From: Gemmatimonadota bacterium
GTDB lineage: Bacteria > JAAXHH01
Direction: 5' to 3'
Length of the DNA: 64,000 nucleotides
Assembly (NCBI GenBank): GCA_026702745.1
Contig: JAPPBT010000018.1
Coordinates: forward strand, 32,259 to 96,258
Positions within the stretch are counted from its first letter, which is position 1. Each line of letters opens with the position of its first letter. Below are positions 19,077-28,383 of this stretch, piece after piece. Under the pieces are notes generated by a model, which was not told where the DNA came from, did not search any database, and saw nothing but the letters and a program-made list of their open reading frames with translations. Made by a program: the position numbers and the translations under genes.

Positions 19077-21899
19077 TCAAGAACACCCGCTCGTCGTTCC
19101 ACACTCACGGCACACGTAGCAGGTACCGTTGCGGGTCATCAGGCTGCCGCAGTCCGAGCAGGAAGGCGCGTCGGCCTGGGCGGTATAGACTTCGTGTTCC
19201 TGGTTCTCCTGCGCGGTCATCGTCTGGTCCATGGCGTTCGAATGCATGGTGTTTTCCATGTCTTTGTCCGCCACGATCTCAGAATGGCTGTCCTCGGGCA
19301 GGAACTTAACCGCAAGCCACCGGAAGATGTAATCGGTGATGGACTTGGCGATGGGCACATCCTTGTTGCCTGTCATTCCGGCCGGTTCGAACCGCATGTG
19401 GCTGAACTTGCGGATCAGGCTTTCCAGGGGCACACCGTACTGCAGCGACACGGAAATGGCCGTGGCGAAAGCGTCCATCATGCCGGACACCGTGCTTCCT
19501 TCCTTGGACATCCGCAGGAATATCTCGCCGGGCTGGCGGTCTTCGAACAGCCCCACCGTCAGGTAGCCTTCGTGGCCGGCGATGCTGAACTTGTGCGTTA
19601 CTGCCTCGCGCTCGTCCGGCAACCGACGGCGCACGGGCTGAACCTCGGCGCCCTCTTCTTCATTCTCCGAAGCCTTGGTGCTGAGCGGCTGGGTGCGCTT
19701 CGACCCGTCGCGGTAGATGGCCAGGGCCTTCAGACCCAATTCCCCGCCCTTTATGTACACGTTCATGACGTCTTCGACCGTCGCCTCGTTGGGGAGATTG
19801 ACCGTCTTGGATATGGCGCCCGAAATGAAGGGCTGCGCCGCGGCCATCATCTTCACGTGGCCCATGTGGTGGATGGAACGGCTTCCGTTCTCGGTCCGGA
19901 ACGCGCAGTCGAAGACCGGCAGGTGTTCCTGGAGCAAGTGCGGCGCGCCTTCAATGGTGCCGTGCTCGTCGATGTAATGGACGATCCGCTCGATCTGCGG
20001 CTTCGAGTAACCCAGCTTCTCCAGGGCGGAATACACGGTGCGGTTCACGATCTTCATGGTCCCGCCGCCCACCAGGCGCTTGTACTTGACCAGGGCGATG
20101 TCGGGCTCGATGCCCGTCGTGTCGCAGTCCATCATGAAGGCGATGGTCCCCGTGGGCGCGAGCACCGTGGCCTGGCTGTTCTTGTACCCGTGCGCCTTGC
20201 CGTGGGCAAGGGCGTTGTCCCACGCGGTGCGCGCGGCGTCCAGCAGGTTCTTGTCCACCATCTCCGCCTGGATGTCGTCCACGGCGTCCCGGTGCTTCTG
20301 CATCACCCTCAGCATGGGTTCGCTGTTGACGTCGTAGCCGTCGAAGGTGCCCAGGTGCTCGGCGAGCTCCGAGGACCGGTAGTATCCCTGGCCGGTCATC
20401 AGCGCCGTGATGGCGCCGGCAAAGGCGCGGCCCCCGTCGCTGTCGTAGGGCAGGCCCATGGCCATGAGCAGTGCGCCGAGATTGGCGTAGCCCAGTCCCA
20501 GCTGGCGGAAGGCGCGGGCGTTCTCGCCGATCTTCTCGGTGGGGTAGCTCGCGTTGTCGACGATGATGTCCTGCGCCATGATCATGATGTTGACCGTGTG
20601 GATGAATCCCACCACGTCGAAGGTGCCTTCGTCGGTCAGGTACTTGAGCAGGTTGATCGAGGCCAGGTTGCACGCGCTGTTGTCCAGGTGCATGTACTCG
20701 GAACAGGGGTTGCTCGCGTTGATGCGGTCCGTGTTGGCGCAGGTGTGCCAGTCATTGATGGTCGTGTCGTACTGCATGCCCGGGTCGCCGCACTGCCACG
20801 CGGCTTCCGCGATCCAGGACATGACTTCCTTCGCCTTCAGGCTTTCCACCGGCGTTTTCGTGGTGATCGACTGCAGCGTCCATTCCCCGTCCTTTTCCAC
20901 CGCGTCCAGGAAGTCGTCCGTCACCCGCACGGAGTTGTTGGCGTTCTGGAACTGGATGGAACTCCACGCGTCGCCGTTCAGGGTCATGTCCCAGCCGGCG
21001 TCGCCGAGGGCGTAGGCCTTGCGCTCCTCGTTCGCCTTGCACCAGATGAACTCCACCACGTCGGGATGGTCGATGTCCAGGACGACCATCTTGGCGGCCC
21101 TGCGGGTCTTGCCGCCCGACTTGATGGACCCGGCCACCGAATCGGCCGCCCGCATGAAAGAGACCGGCCCTGAAGCCTGGCCACCCGAGGAGAGGATTTC
21201 CCTGGACGAGCGGATCCGGGACAGGTTCACGCCGGCGCCCGAGCCACCCTTGAAGATCATGCCTTCGACCTTGCACCACTCGAGGATGGACTCCATGGAG
21301 TCGTCGACCGACAGGATGAAGCACGCCGAGCACTGGGGCGTTTCCTCGACGCCCGCGTTGAACCACACCGGGCTGTTGAACGTGGCCCGCTGATTGAGGA
21401 TGATCTGCTTCAGTTCGTTGTGGAAGGCGTCGGCGTCTTCCTCCGAGGCGAAGTAGCCCTGGGCGCGCCCCCAGCCCGCGATCGTGTCGGCCACGCGGTT
21501 GATCATGTGCTTGACGCTGTTCTCGCGCTTCGGGGTGCCGAGGGGCCCGCGGAAGTACTTGGACACGACGACGTTGGTGGCCAGCTGCGACCAGTCCGCC
21601 GGGATCTCCACGTCCTTCTGCTCGAAGACGACATCGCCCCCGTCGCCGGCGATCGTGGCCGTCCGCTTCTCCCATTCCACGCCGGCGTAGGGATCGTGGC
21701 CGGGATTGCTGTACAGCCGCTCGACGGTAAGGCCGCCGAATTCGGCCGGCACTTCGATGGGTGCGTCGACCGGCGCGTCGACCGAGGTCGTGTCATCGAC
21801 GGACACTTCGGCATCCCCTCCGGCAACGGATTCCTCCGTCTCTTCCATCAAGAGATCGTGGGTTTCTTCCAGATTCAATTCGAGTTTGTCTTCAGCCAT
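19077..21899 (-). CDS. nrdJ: Adenosylcobalamin-dependent ribonucleoside-diphosphate reductase (class II RNR)
   Basis: 940 aa with class II RNR active-site regions (NPCSEY...ACNLASINL, catalytic Cys/Asn/Glu context) and a C-terminal Zn-ribbon (CSDCGS...CYVCRECG). Confidence 0.9.
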   Translation of the reverse strand: MAEDKLELNLEETHDLLMEETEESVAGGDAEVSVDDTTSVDAPVDAPIEVPAEFGGLTVERLYSNPGHDPYAGVEWEKRTATIAGDGGDVVFEQKDVEIPADWSQLATNVVVSKYFRGPLGTPKRENSVKHMINRVADTIAGWGRAQGYFASEEDADAFHNELKQIILNQRATFNSPVWFNAGVEETPQCSACFILSVDDSMESILEWCKVEGMIFKGGSGAGVNLSRIRSSREILSSGGQASGPVSFMRAADSVAGSIKSGGKTRRAAKMVVLDIDHPDVVEFIWCKANEERKAYALGDAGWDMTLNGDAWSSIQFQNANNSVRVTDDFLDAVEKDGEWTLQSITTKTPVESLKAKEVMSWIAEAAWQCGDPGMQYDTTINDWHTCANTDRINASNPCSEYMHLDNSACNLASINLLKYLTDEGTFDVVGFIHTVNIMIMAQDIIVDNASYPTEKIGENARAFRQLGLGYANLGALLMAMGLPYDSDGGRAFAGAITALMTGQGYYRSSELAEHLGTFDGYDVNSEPMLRVMQKHRDAVDDIQAEMVDKNLLDAARTAWDNALAHGKAHGYKNSQATVLAPTGTIAFMMDCDTTGIEPDIALVKYKRLVGGGTMKIVNRTVYSALEKLGYSKPQIERIVHYIDEHGTIEGAPHLLQEHLPVFDCAFRTENGSRSIHHMGHVKMMAAAQPFISGAISKTVNLPNEATVEDVMNVYIKGGELGLKALAIYRDGSKRTQPLSTKASENEEEGAEVQPVRRRLPDEREAVTHKFSIAGHEGYLTVGLFEDRQPGEIFLRMSKEGSTVSGMMDAFATAISVSLQYGVPLESLIRKFSHMRFEPAGMTGNKDVPIAKSITDYIFRWLAVKFLPEDSHSEIVADKDMENTMHSNAMDQTMTAQENQEHEVYTAQADAPSCSDCGSLMTRNGTCYVCRECGTTSGCS

Positions 21900-21943
21900 A
21901 CTAGCCCCCTAAATCACCTTCTTTAGAAATGTAACGTCGAAAC

Positions 21944-21961
21944 GATGTGTATATTGTGTCA
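21944..21961 (-). promoter_or_regulatory. Candidate NrdR box (ACACAATATACACA) and TTGACA -35 element between nrdR and nrdJ
   Basis: Ten consecutive positions match the NrdR-box consensus acaCwAtATaTwGtgt; the right half deviates. Confidence 0.25.
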
Positions 21962-22013
21962 ACAAAAAATACCTGATCCCGCAAAACGCAGACCAGGTAC
22001 CCAAATACCTGGA

Positions 22014-22505
22014 TCAGCCCTGGTCGGGCTGGTCCTTGACGACCGCAGCCAACTCCTGCTTCTCCAGTTGTTCGAGCTCTTCCGCGAACTCGCTCCTGTC
22101 CTTGAAATCCCGGTAGACCGAGGCGAAACGCACGTAGGCCACTTCATCGATCTTGCGCAGTTCCCGGATGATAAATTCGCCGATCTTGTCGGAGGAGACC
22201 TCGCGTTCGCTCAGGTTGCTTACGTGGTACACGACACGGTCCACGAGCTCGTGGAGTTGATCGGCGGAAACCATGCGCTTCGTGCACGCCAGCTTCAGCC
22301 CGTGCATGATCTTACCGCGGTCGAAGACTTCCCTCCGGCCATCGGATTTCACCACCATCAGTTCCTCTTCCTCGATCGCCTCGTAAGTAGTGAATCGCTT
22401 GGTGCAGGAAAGGCACTCGCGGCGGCGGCGGATCGTTCTACCGCTCTGGATGGTTCGGGAGTCTACAACGTGGCTGTTGAGCGTGCCACACGCAGGACAT
22501 CGCAT
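22014..22505 (-). CDS. nrdR: Transcriptional repressor NrdR
   Basis: MRCPACGTLNSHVVDSR...CLSC zinc ribbon plus ATP-cone (VVKSDGRREVFDRGKI). Confidence 0.9.
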   Translation of the reverse strand: MRCPACGTLNSHVVDSRTIQSGRTIRRRRECLSCTKRFTTYEAIEEEELMVVKSDGRREVFDRGKIMHGLKLACTKRMVSADQLHELVDRVVYHVSNLSEREVSSDKIGEFIIRELRKIDEVAYVRFASVYRDFKDRSEFAEELEQLEKQELAAVVKDQPDQG

Positions 22506-22553
22506 CTGCGGCGGATCTCCGATTGTAATTGATTGATAATTTAAGAATTAAGA

Positions 22554-22602
22554 ATCACTAGGTATAGTGGTGTTCAGACACGTAGCAAACAAGATATTGT
22601 AT
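22554..22602 (-). promoter_or_regulatory. Two candidate NrdR-box-like AT-rich imperfect palindromes (cactaggtatagtg and acaagatattgt), ~33 bp apart, upstream of nrdR
   Basis: Spacing of about three helical turns is typical of tandem NrdR boxes; sequence match to consensus is partial. Confidence 0.25.
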
Positions 22603-22679
22603 TATTTGCGAACAGGCAAGAGTCTTTTGAAACTTTTTTTGATTTGTCTAACAGAAGAATCTCATGACCCATTGCAATA

Positions 22680-22720
22680 AAACACCCCGCAACGGATTAC
22701 GCCGCGGGGTGTTTTGATTA
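22680..22720 (-). terminator. Rho-independent terminator hairpin (ACACCCCGC...GCGGGGTGT) flanked by A/T runs on both sides (bidirectional)
   Basis: 9-bp GC-rich stem, followed by TTTTGATT on the plus strand and TTTTATTG on the minus strand; sits just 3' of the OMP gene. Confidence 0.55.
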
Positions 22721-22760
22721 ACCATTCTAATGTACAAAGCCGGAAATTCAATTTGTGACG

Positions 22761-23321
22761 CTATGGACTGAACACAATAGACAAGGTGATCGGCATCCAC
22801 TTGTGCTTCACGTCCGTCATTGCGTGATTGTATCGCGCATCGAGAGCCACGCCAATCGACGGATTTATGGGAATATGAACACCGCCACCTATCGTAAAAC
22901 TTAAAGCACTCTCGGAGTTACTGATAGATACGCCTCCTCTGGAAATTTCCGCTTTAGCACGTGTCAATCCTATTCCTCCATGCCCATATACACTTACGGT
23001 GGAAGAAGAGGAATGCAGCATAACTCCGAGGTTCGCTCCGGTAAGATTCGTTTTTCCACTCACCCCGGGGGCAAGCACGTCTTCTTCTGGCTTGTATTGG
23101 CTATAATGACCTTCCAATACCGCATGCAAGCGCTGATAAACCGGCAAGGATACTCCGCCGCGAATCGCCGGTCCATTCTTTGCTCCCTCGGCATCTATGG
23201 GAAGACTCAGTCCGCCTCCTACAATAAACGATGGCGTAGTCTCCTGGGCATGAACGGTTTTCTGAGCGGATATCGACACGAGCAAAAACGCAGCCAGCAG
23301 GTAAACTGCTACTTTTCGCAT
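22761..23321 (-). CDS. Outer-membrane beta-barrel protein (OmpA-like barrel / OmpW-like), low-GC gene
   Basis: Start at M38 after AAGGAG SD. Signal peptide MRKVAVYLLAAFLLVSISAQKTVHAQ; alternating hydrophobic beta-strand pattern; C-terminal aromatic end (...TLSIVFSP). Confidence 0.6.
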   Translation of the reverse strand: MRKVAVYLLAAFLLVSISAQKTVHAQETTPSFIVGGGLSLPIDAEGAKNGPAIRGGVSLPVYQRLHAVLEGHYSQYKPEEDVLAPGVSGKTNLTGANLGVMLHSSSSTVSVYGHGGIGLTRAKAEISRGGVSISNSESALSFTIGGGVHIPINPSIGVALDARYNHAMTDVKHKWMPITLSIVFSP

Positions 23322-23442
23322 GATACTGCTCCTTATAGGAAAAGGATACAGAAAGTACCGTTGTAACAAGGATATTTCATTAAATGATAATACACTTCGA
23401 CGTGTCAATGTTTTTCTATGGGAATATTCCATTAATTAGCAC

Positions 23443-25878
23443 CTACTCCATCCGCAACGACTCGACCGGGTTCGCGGCAGCGGCCCGCACGGCCTGGAAG
23501 CTGACGGTGAGCAGGGCGACCGCCATGGCGAGAGCGCCTGCGAGAACGAAGGTGGTCCAATCCAGGTCGACGCGGTAGGCGAAACCTTCCAGCCAGGCGT
23601 TCATCGCGAAATAGGCGACTGGCCAAGCCACCACGAGGGCCGCGATCACGAGCCGGAAGTACTCTCGAGACAACAGCGCGACGAGACCGGAGGTAGAAGC
23701 GCCGAGGACCTTGCGGACCCCGATCTCCTTCCTGCGCCTTTCCGCGGTGAAGGAGGACAGCCCGACGAGCCCGAGGCAGGCAATAATCACGGCCAGCACG
23801 GAAAAACTGATGAAGATCCTTCCGAACCGCTGTTCGGCATCATATAGGCGCGCGAAGGTGTCTTCTACGAAAAAGTACTCGAATGCCCAATCAGGATTTA
23901 CTTCATGCCATGCCTCTTCGATTGCCGATAGCCCTTCCGACATGCGACCTGCATCGATTTTGATCATGGCGTAACCGCCCGGATAGTTCGGAAACAGCAC
24001 CAGCGGTTCGATGGGTTCGCGTAAGGTGGCATAGTGGAAATCCCTGACCACGCCTACGATCGACGGCCGTAATTCACCTCGCTCATCGGAATCCGTAATC
24101 AGTTCCTGCAGCCCTTCGATCTCCTTACCCAACGCCTCGCCGGCGGATGCATAGCCAAGCCGGTCAACGGCCGCTTCGTTGACTACGACCGCTCCCGTCG
24201 CTGTCCAGTCGCCGGGGAACGCGGAATCGAAATTGCGGCCCGCCACCAGTTCGATGCCGAAAATCCCGATGAAATCATCGTCCACCCAGGCCTGGTTCAT
24301 ATCGATCATCGATGATTCGTCCTGGCCCCGTCCGCGCGCCTTGATCGGCGCCGCGGCGTTCTTGTGCCCTGGAAGCAGGAAATTCATCGAGACGTTCGTC
24401 ACCGCAGGTATCTCCTTCAGCCGTGCTTTGTAGACGCTGGATCTCACGACAACCGGCGCGAAGGTCTGAGGCACCGCGACGACCTGGTCGGAATTGAGCC
24501 CCATGTTTCGCGCGCGTATGAAATCGAGTTGGCTGTAGACCACGCCGGTGCAGATGATGAGGGCGATCGAAATCACAAACTGGCCCACGACCAGGACCCG
24601 GCGGATGGCCGCGTTTCCGGCACCTGTGGAGCGCAGGCCGCTCAGTGCCTGGACCGGTGCGAGCCCGGACAGGTAAAGGGCCGGATAGCTGCCCGAGACG
24701 AAACCCACGACGGCGCCGATCGCCACGACGGCGCCCAGGGCGAACCAGGCGGTTTCCGCATTCAGGGACAGGGATTTGCCCGTGAGCAGGTTGAACCACG
24801 GCAGACTCAACAGGGCAAGCAGGAGGGCGACGCTGACCGCCAGCCCGGTCATGAGCATGGACTCGCTGATGAACTGCCGGATCACCTGGCCCCTGGCCGC
24901 GCCGAAGGTCTTTCGCAGGCCGATCTCCCCGGCCCTTCCCGCGGAACGCGCGGTGGCCAGGTTCATGAAGTTGATGCACGCGATGAGGATGATGAACACG
25001 GCAATGCAGCCGAAAAGATAGACGTACCGGATATCGCTGTTCGGTGTCAGTTCCCGCTCGAGATGAGAGTGAAGATGGATATCCGTGACCGGCTGCAGCC
25101 TGAAGGCCAATGTCGACGATACACCATCATATTGGTCGCCGACGTACTTTTCCACGAAGGCGGGCAGCCTGGCTTCCAGTTCATCGGGATCGCTGCCCTC
25201 GCGGAGCAGGACATAGCCGTACGACTTTCGCCAGTCCCACACGTCGGCCGGTTTATCCGCGTAGTGCTCCTGGATCCGGAACGCCGCGAGGATGTCGAAT
25301 CCGAGGTGCGTGTTGGCGGGCAGGTCCCGCATGACGCCGGTCACCTCGAAATGGAAGGACCCCTCGGCATCCAGGATCTTGCCCATGGGATCTTCGTCGC
25401 CGAAGTATTTCCGGGCAATGGACTCCGACAGCACGACTTTGTCGATACCGGCCAGGGCCGTCCGCTGATCGCCGGCGATCAGCGGCACATCGAAGACTTT
25501 GAAGACCGACGAGTCGGCCAGGTAGAAGTTTCGTTCGTAGAATCCCCGGTCCCCGTACTTGATCATCCAGGCGTTTCCGGGCGGGACGAAGCGCACCATG
25601 TCTTCCACTTCGGGGAAGTCTTCGCGCATGAACTTGACCGTGGGCGTCATGACTTCGGCGGTTCGGATCACCTGGTCGCGGTCGCGCTCTTCCGAGATTA
25701 CCCGGTAGATACGGTCCGCCTTTTCATGGAACTGGTCATAGCTCAACTCGTCCCGGATATAGAGCAGGATGAGGAGGGCGCACGCGATCCCGAGCGCCAG
25801 GCTCATCACGTTGATGGCCGAGTAACCCTTCTCGCGGTTCAGATGGCGCACGGCCACCGTCAGGTAGTTGCGGAACAT
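23443..25878 (-). CDS. ADOP-family permease (MacB-like periplasmic domain + duplicated FtsX), paralog 1
   Basis: 811 aa; N-terminal TM after MFRNYLTVAVRHLNREKGYSAINV; two FtsX-type 4-TM modules; C-terminus ...NPVESLRME. Confidence 0.85.
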   Translation of the reverse strand: MFRNYLTVAVRHLNREKGYSAINVMSLALGIACALLILLYIRDELSYDQFHEKADRIYRVISEERDRDQVIRTAEVMTPTVKFMREDFPEVEDMVRFVPPGNAWMIKYGDRGFYERNFYLADSSVFKVFDVPLIAGDQRTALAGIDKVVLSESIARKYFGDEDPMGKILDAEGSFHFEVTGVMRDLPANTHLGFDILAAFRIQEHYADKPADVWDWRKSYGYVLLREGSDPDELEARLPAFVEKYVGDQYDGVSSTLAFRLQPVTDIHLHSHLERELTPNSDIRYVYLFGCIAVFIILIACINFMNLATARSAGRAGEIGLRKTFGAARGQVIRQFISESMLMTGLAVSVALLLALLSLPWFNLLTGKSLSLNAETAWFALGAVVAIGAVVGFVSGSYPALYLSGLAPVQALSGLRSTGAGNAAIRRVLVVGQFVISIALIICTGVVYSQLDFIRARNMGLNSDQVVAVPQTFAPVVVRSSVYKARLKEIPAVTNVSMNFLLPGHKNAAAPIKARGRGQDESSMIDMNQAWVDDDFIGIFGIELVAGRNFDSAFPGDWTATGAVVVNEAAVDRLGYASAGEALGKEIEGLQELITDSDERGELRPSIVGVVRDFHYATLREPIEPLVLFPNYPGGYAMIKIDAGRMSEGLSAIEEAWHEVNPDWAFEYFFVEDTFARLYDAEQRFGRIFISFSVLAVIIACLGLVGLSSFTAERRRKEIGVRKVLGASTSGLVALLSREYFRLVIAALVVAWPVAYFAMNAWLEGFAYRVDLDWTTFVLAGALAMAVALLTVSFQAVRAAAANPVESLRME

Positions 25879-25885
25879 GGCGCGT

Positions 25886-28342
25886 CTACTCGGTCCGAAG
25901 GGACTCGACGGGATTGGCGGTGGCCGCCCGCACGGCCTGGTAACTCACCGTCAGGAGGGCGAGGGCGATGGCAAGCGCGCCGGCCAGGACAAAAGTCATC
26001 CCGTCCAGGGCGACACGGTACGCGAAATCGTCGAGCCAACGATTCATCGCGAAATAGGCGGCCGGCCAGGCGATTACGTTGGCCACGATCACGAGCCGGA
26101 CGAATTCCCCCGATATCAACCCGATCACGTTCGGCGTGGACGCGCCGAGGACCTTGCGCACTCCGATTTCCTTCGTGCGCCGTTCCGCGGTGTAGGAGGA
26201 GAGGCCCACGAGACCGAGGCAGGCGATAAACACGGCCAGTACGGCGAAACTGACGAATATCCGACCGAAGCGTTGCTCGGCTTCGTAGAGGCGCGCATAG
26301 GTATCTTCGACGAAAAAGTACTCGAAGGCGAAGTCGGGGTTTGTCTCGCGCCATGCTTCCTCGATCGCCGAAAGGCCTTCCGAAAGTTGGTTGTCGTTGA
26401 TCTTGACGACCACGTGGCTGCCGTCGGACTCGGGAAAGAGTACCAGAGGTTCGATGGGTTGATGCAGCGAAGCGTAGTGGAAGTCTTTCACGACGCCTAC
26501 GATACTGCGCGGTTCCGCGGTCTCCTCATCGAAACCCTGTCGCTCGTCGAAAACCCAGTCAAACCGACCATCCAGGGCTTCTTCGGCGGAACCGTAACCC
26601 AGCCGGGAAACTGCGGCTTCGTTCAAAACCGTCCCGCCGCCCGCTCCATACCAGTCGGCGACGAATGCGCGATCGAAGAACCTGCCGGCGGCCAGTTCCA
26701 TGCCGAACGTATCGAAAAACAGGTCGTCCGTCCAGGCCTGGTTCATTTCGATCTTGGCGTTATCACCTTCGCCCAACCTGCGCACAACGGCGGTGATCAC
26801 GGCGTTCTTGTGAAAAGGCAGGATAAAGGTAGCCGTGGCATCCTCCACGTATGGAATTTCCCGCACCCGCTGTCTATATTGTCGCGCCTTCTCAATGACC
26901 GGGGTAAACGTCAGCGGCACGGCGACGAGCCGTGCCGTGTCCATACCCAGGTTCCGGTTTCGGAGGTAGTCGAGCTGGTCGTACACGACGCCTGTGCAGA
27001 TGATCAGGGCGATCGAGATTACGAACTGGCCCGCGACCAGCGTTCTGCGCATGTCCACGTTGCCGGAGTCCCCGGACAACGCGCCCTTCAAGGTATCGAT
27101 CGGAGCGAGTCCGGACAGGTAAAGCGCGGGATAGCTTCCCGATACGAGGCCGACCACGATGCCGGTCACCGCCACGGCGCCCATGATGAACCATGCGGTA
27201 TCCGCGGTCATGGATATGGATTTTCCCGATACCAGATTGAACCAGGGCAAACCGAGCACAACCAGCAGCAGCGCGACGCATACCGCCATTCCGCTCATGA
27301 TCAGGGATTCGCACAGGAACTGACGCGTCACCTGGCCCCGGCCCGCGCCGAAGACCTTTCTCAGGCCGATTTCCCGGGCCCTTCCCGCGGACCGTGCGGT
27401 TGCCAGGTTCATGAAGTTGATGCAGGCGATGAGGATGATAAACACGGCGATCGCCGAAAAAAGATACACGTACCTGATGTCGCTGTTCGGCGTCAGTTCC
27501 CGCTCGAGCCGGGAATGAAGGTGGATGTCCGTCACGGGCTGCAGCCGGTAGGTCAGCGATGACGTTTCGCCGTCGTGGATATCGCCGACATACTTCTCCA
27601 CAAAAGCAGGCAACCTGGCTTCCAGTTCGGCTGGATCGCTTCCCTCCCGGAGCAGGACGTAACTGTAAGACTTGCGCCGGCCCCAGTCGTCGAGCGACTC
27701 GTCCGCGAACGCCTCCTGAATCCTGAATGACGCGAGTATGTCGAACCCGAGGTGCGTATTGGACGGCAGGTCCGCCATGACGCCGGTCACTTCCAGATGA
27801 AAGGTCCCTTCGGCGTCCAGGATCTTCCCTATGGGGTTCTCGTCGCCGAAGTACTTGCGGGCCACTGACTGGGATAGCACGACCCGGTCGTTTCCGCTCA
27901 GTGCGGTCCGGGGATTACCTGCCAGAAGCGGCACATCGAACACGTTGAAAACAGAACTGTCGGCCAGGTAGAAATCGCGTTCGTAGAATCCCCGGTCGCC
28001 GTACTTGACCATCCAGGCGTTCACGGGAGGGTTGAAGCGCACCATGTCTTCCACCTCGGGGAAGTCTTCGCGCATGAACCTGGCCGTGGGTGTCATGACT
28101 TCGGCAGACCGCACGGACCGGATGGACCGGTCGACCCCGCCGCCCTGCCATTCCTCGGAGATCACGCGGAAGATGCGGTCCGCCTTGCCGTGATAACGGT
28201 CATAGCTCGACTCGTCCCGGATATAGAGCATGATGAGGACGCAGCACGCGATCCCGAGCGCCAGGCTCATCACGTTGATGAACGAGTAACCCTTCCTTCG
28301 ACTCAGGTGCCGGAGGGCAACCGTGACGTAGTTTCTGAACAT
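25886..28342 (-). CDS. ADOP-family permease, paralog 2
   Basis: 818 aa, collinear with paralog 1 including near-identical nucleotide stretches; 7-nt gap to paralog 1. Confidence 0.85.
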   Translation of the reverse strand: MFRNYVTVALRHLSRRKGYSFINVMSLALGIACCVLIMLYIRDESSYDRYHGKADRIFRVISEEWQGGGVDRSIRSVRSAEVMTPTARFMREDFPEVEDMVRFNPPVNAWMVKYGDRGFYERDFYLADSSVFNVFDVPLLAGNPRTALSGNDRVVLSQSVARKYFGDENPIGKILDAEGTFHLEVTGVMADLPSNTHLGFDILASFRIQEAFADESLDDWGRRKSYSYVLLREGSDPAELEARLPAFVEKYVGDIHDGETSSLTYRLQPVTDIHLHSRLERELTPNSDIRYVYLFSAIAVFIILIACINFMNLATARSAGRAREIGLRKVFGAGRGQVTRQFLCESLIMSGMAVCVALLLVVLGLPWFNLVSGKSISMTADTAWFIMGAVAVTGIVVGLVSGSYPALYLSGLAPIDTLKGALSGDSGNVDMRRTLVAGQFVISIALIICTGVVYDQLDYLRNRNLGMDTARLVAVPLTFTPVIEKARQYRQRVREIPYVEDATATFILPFHKNAVITAVVRRLGEGDNAKIEMNQAWTDDLFFDTFGMELAAGRFFDRAFVADWYGAGGGTVLNEAAVSRLGYGSAEEALDGRFDWVFDERQGFDEETAEPRSIVGVVKDFHYASLHQPIEPLVLFPESDGSHVVVKINDNQLSEGLSAIEEAWRETNPDFAFEYFFVEDTYARLYEAEQRFGRIFVSFAVLAVFIACLGLVGLSSYTAERRTKEIGVRKVLGASTPNVIGLISGEFVRLVIVANVIAWPAAYFAMNRWLDDFAYRVALDGMTFVLAGALAIALALLTVSYQAVRAATANPVESLRTE

Positions 28343-28383
28343 GGTGAAACTTTACCGCTATTAAAAGGAACGAGAGAGGCGGT

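Noticed and set aside
21900-22013. Canonical sigma70 promoter for nrdJ built on TTGACA at 21956-21961
   Set aside because: No acceptable -10 hexamer lies at 16-18 nt spacing downstream on the minus strand; only the -35-like hexamer is seen.
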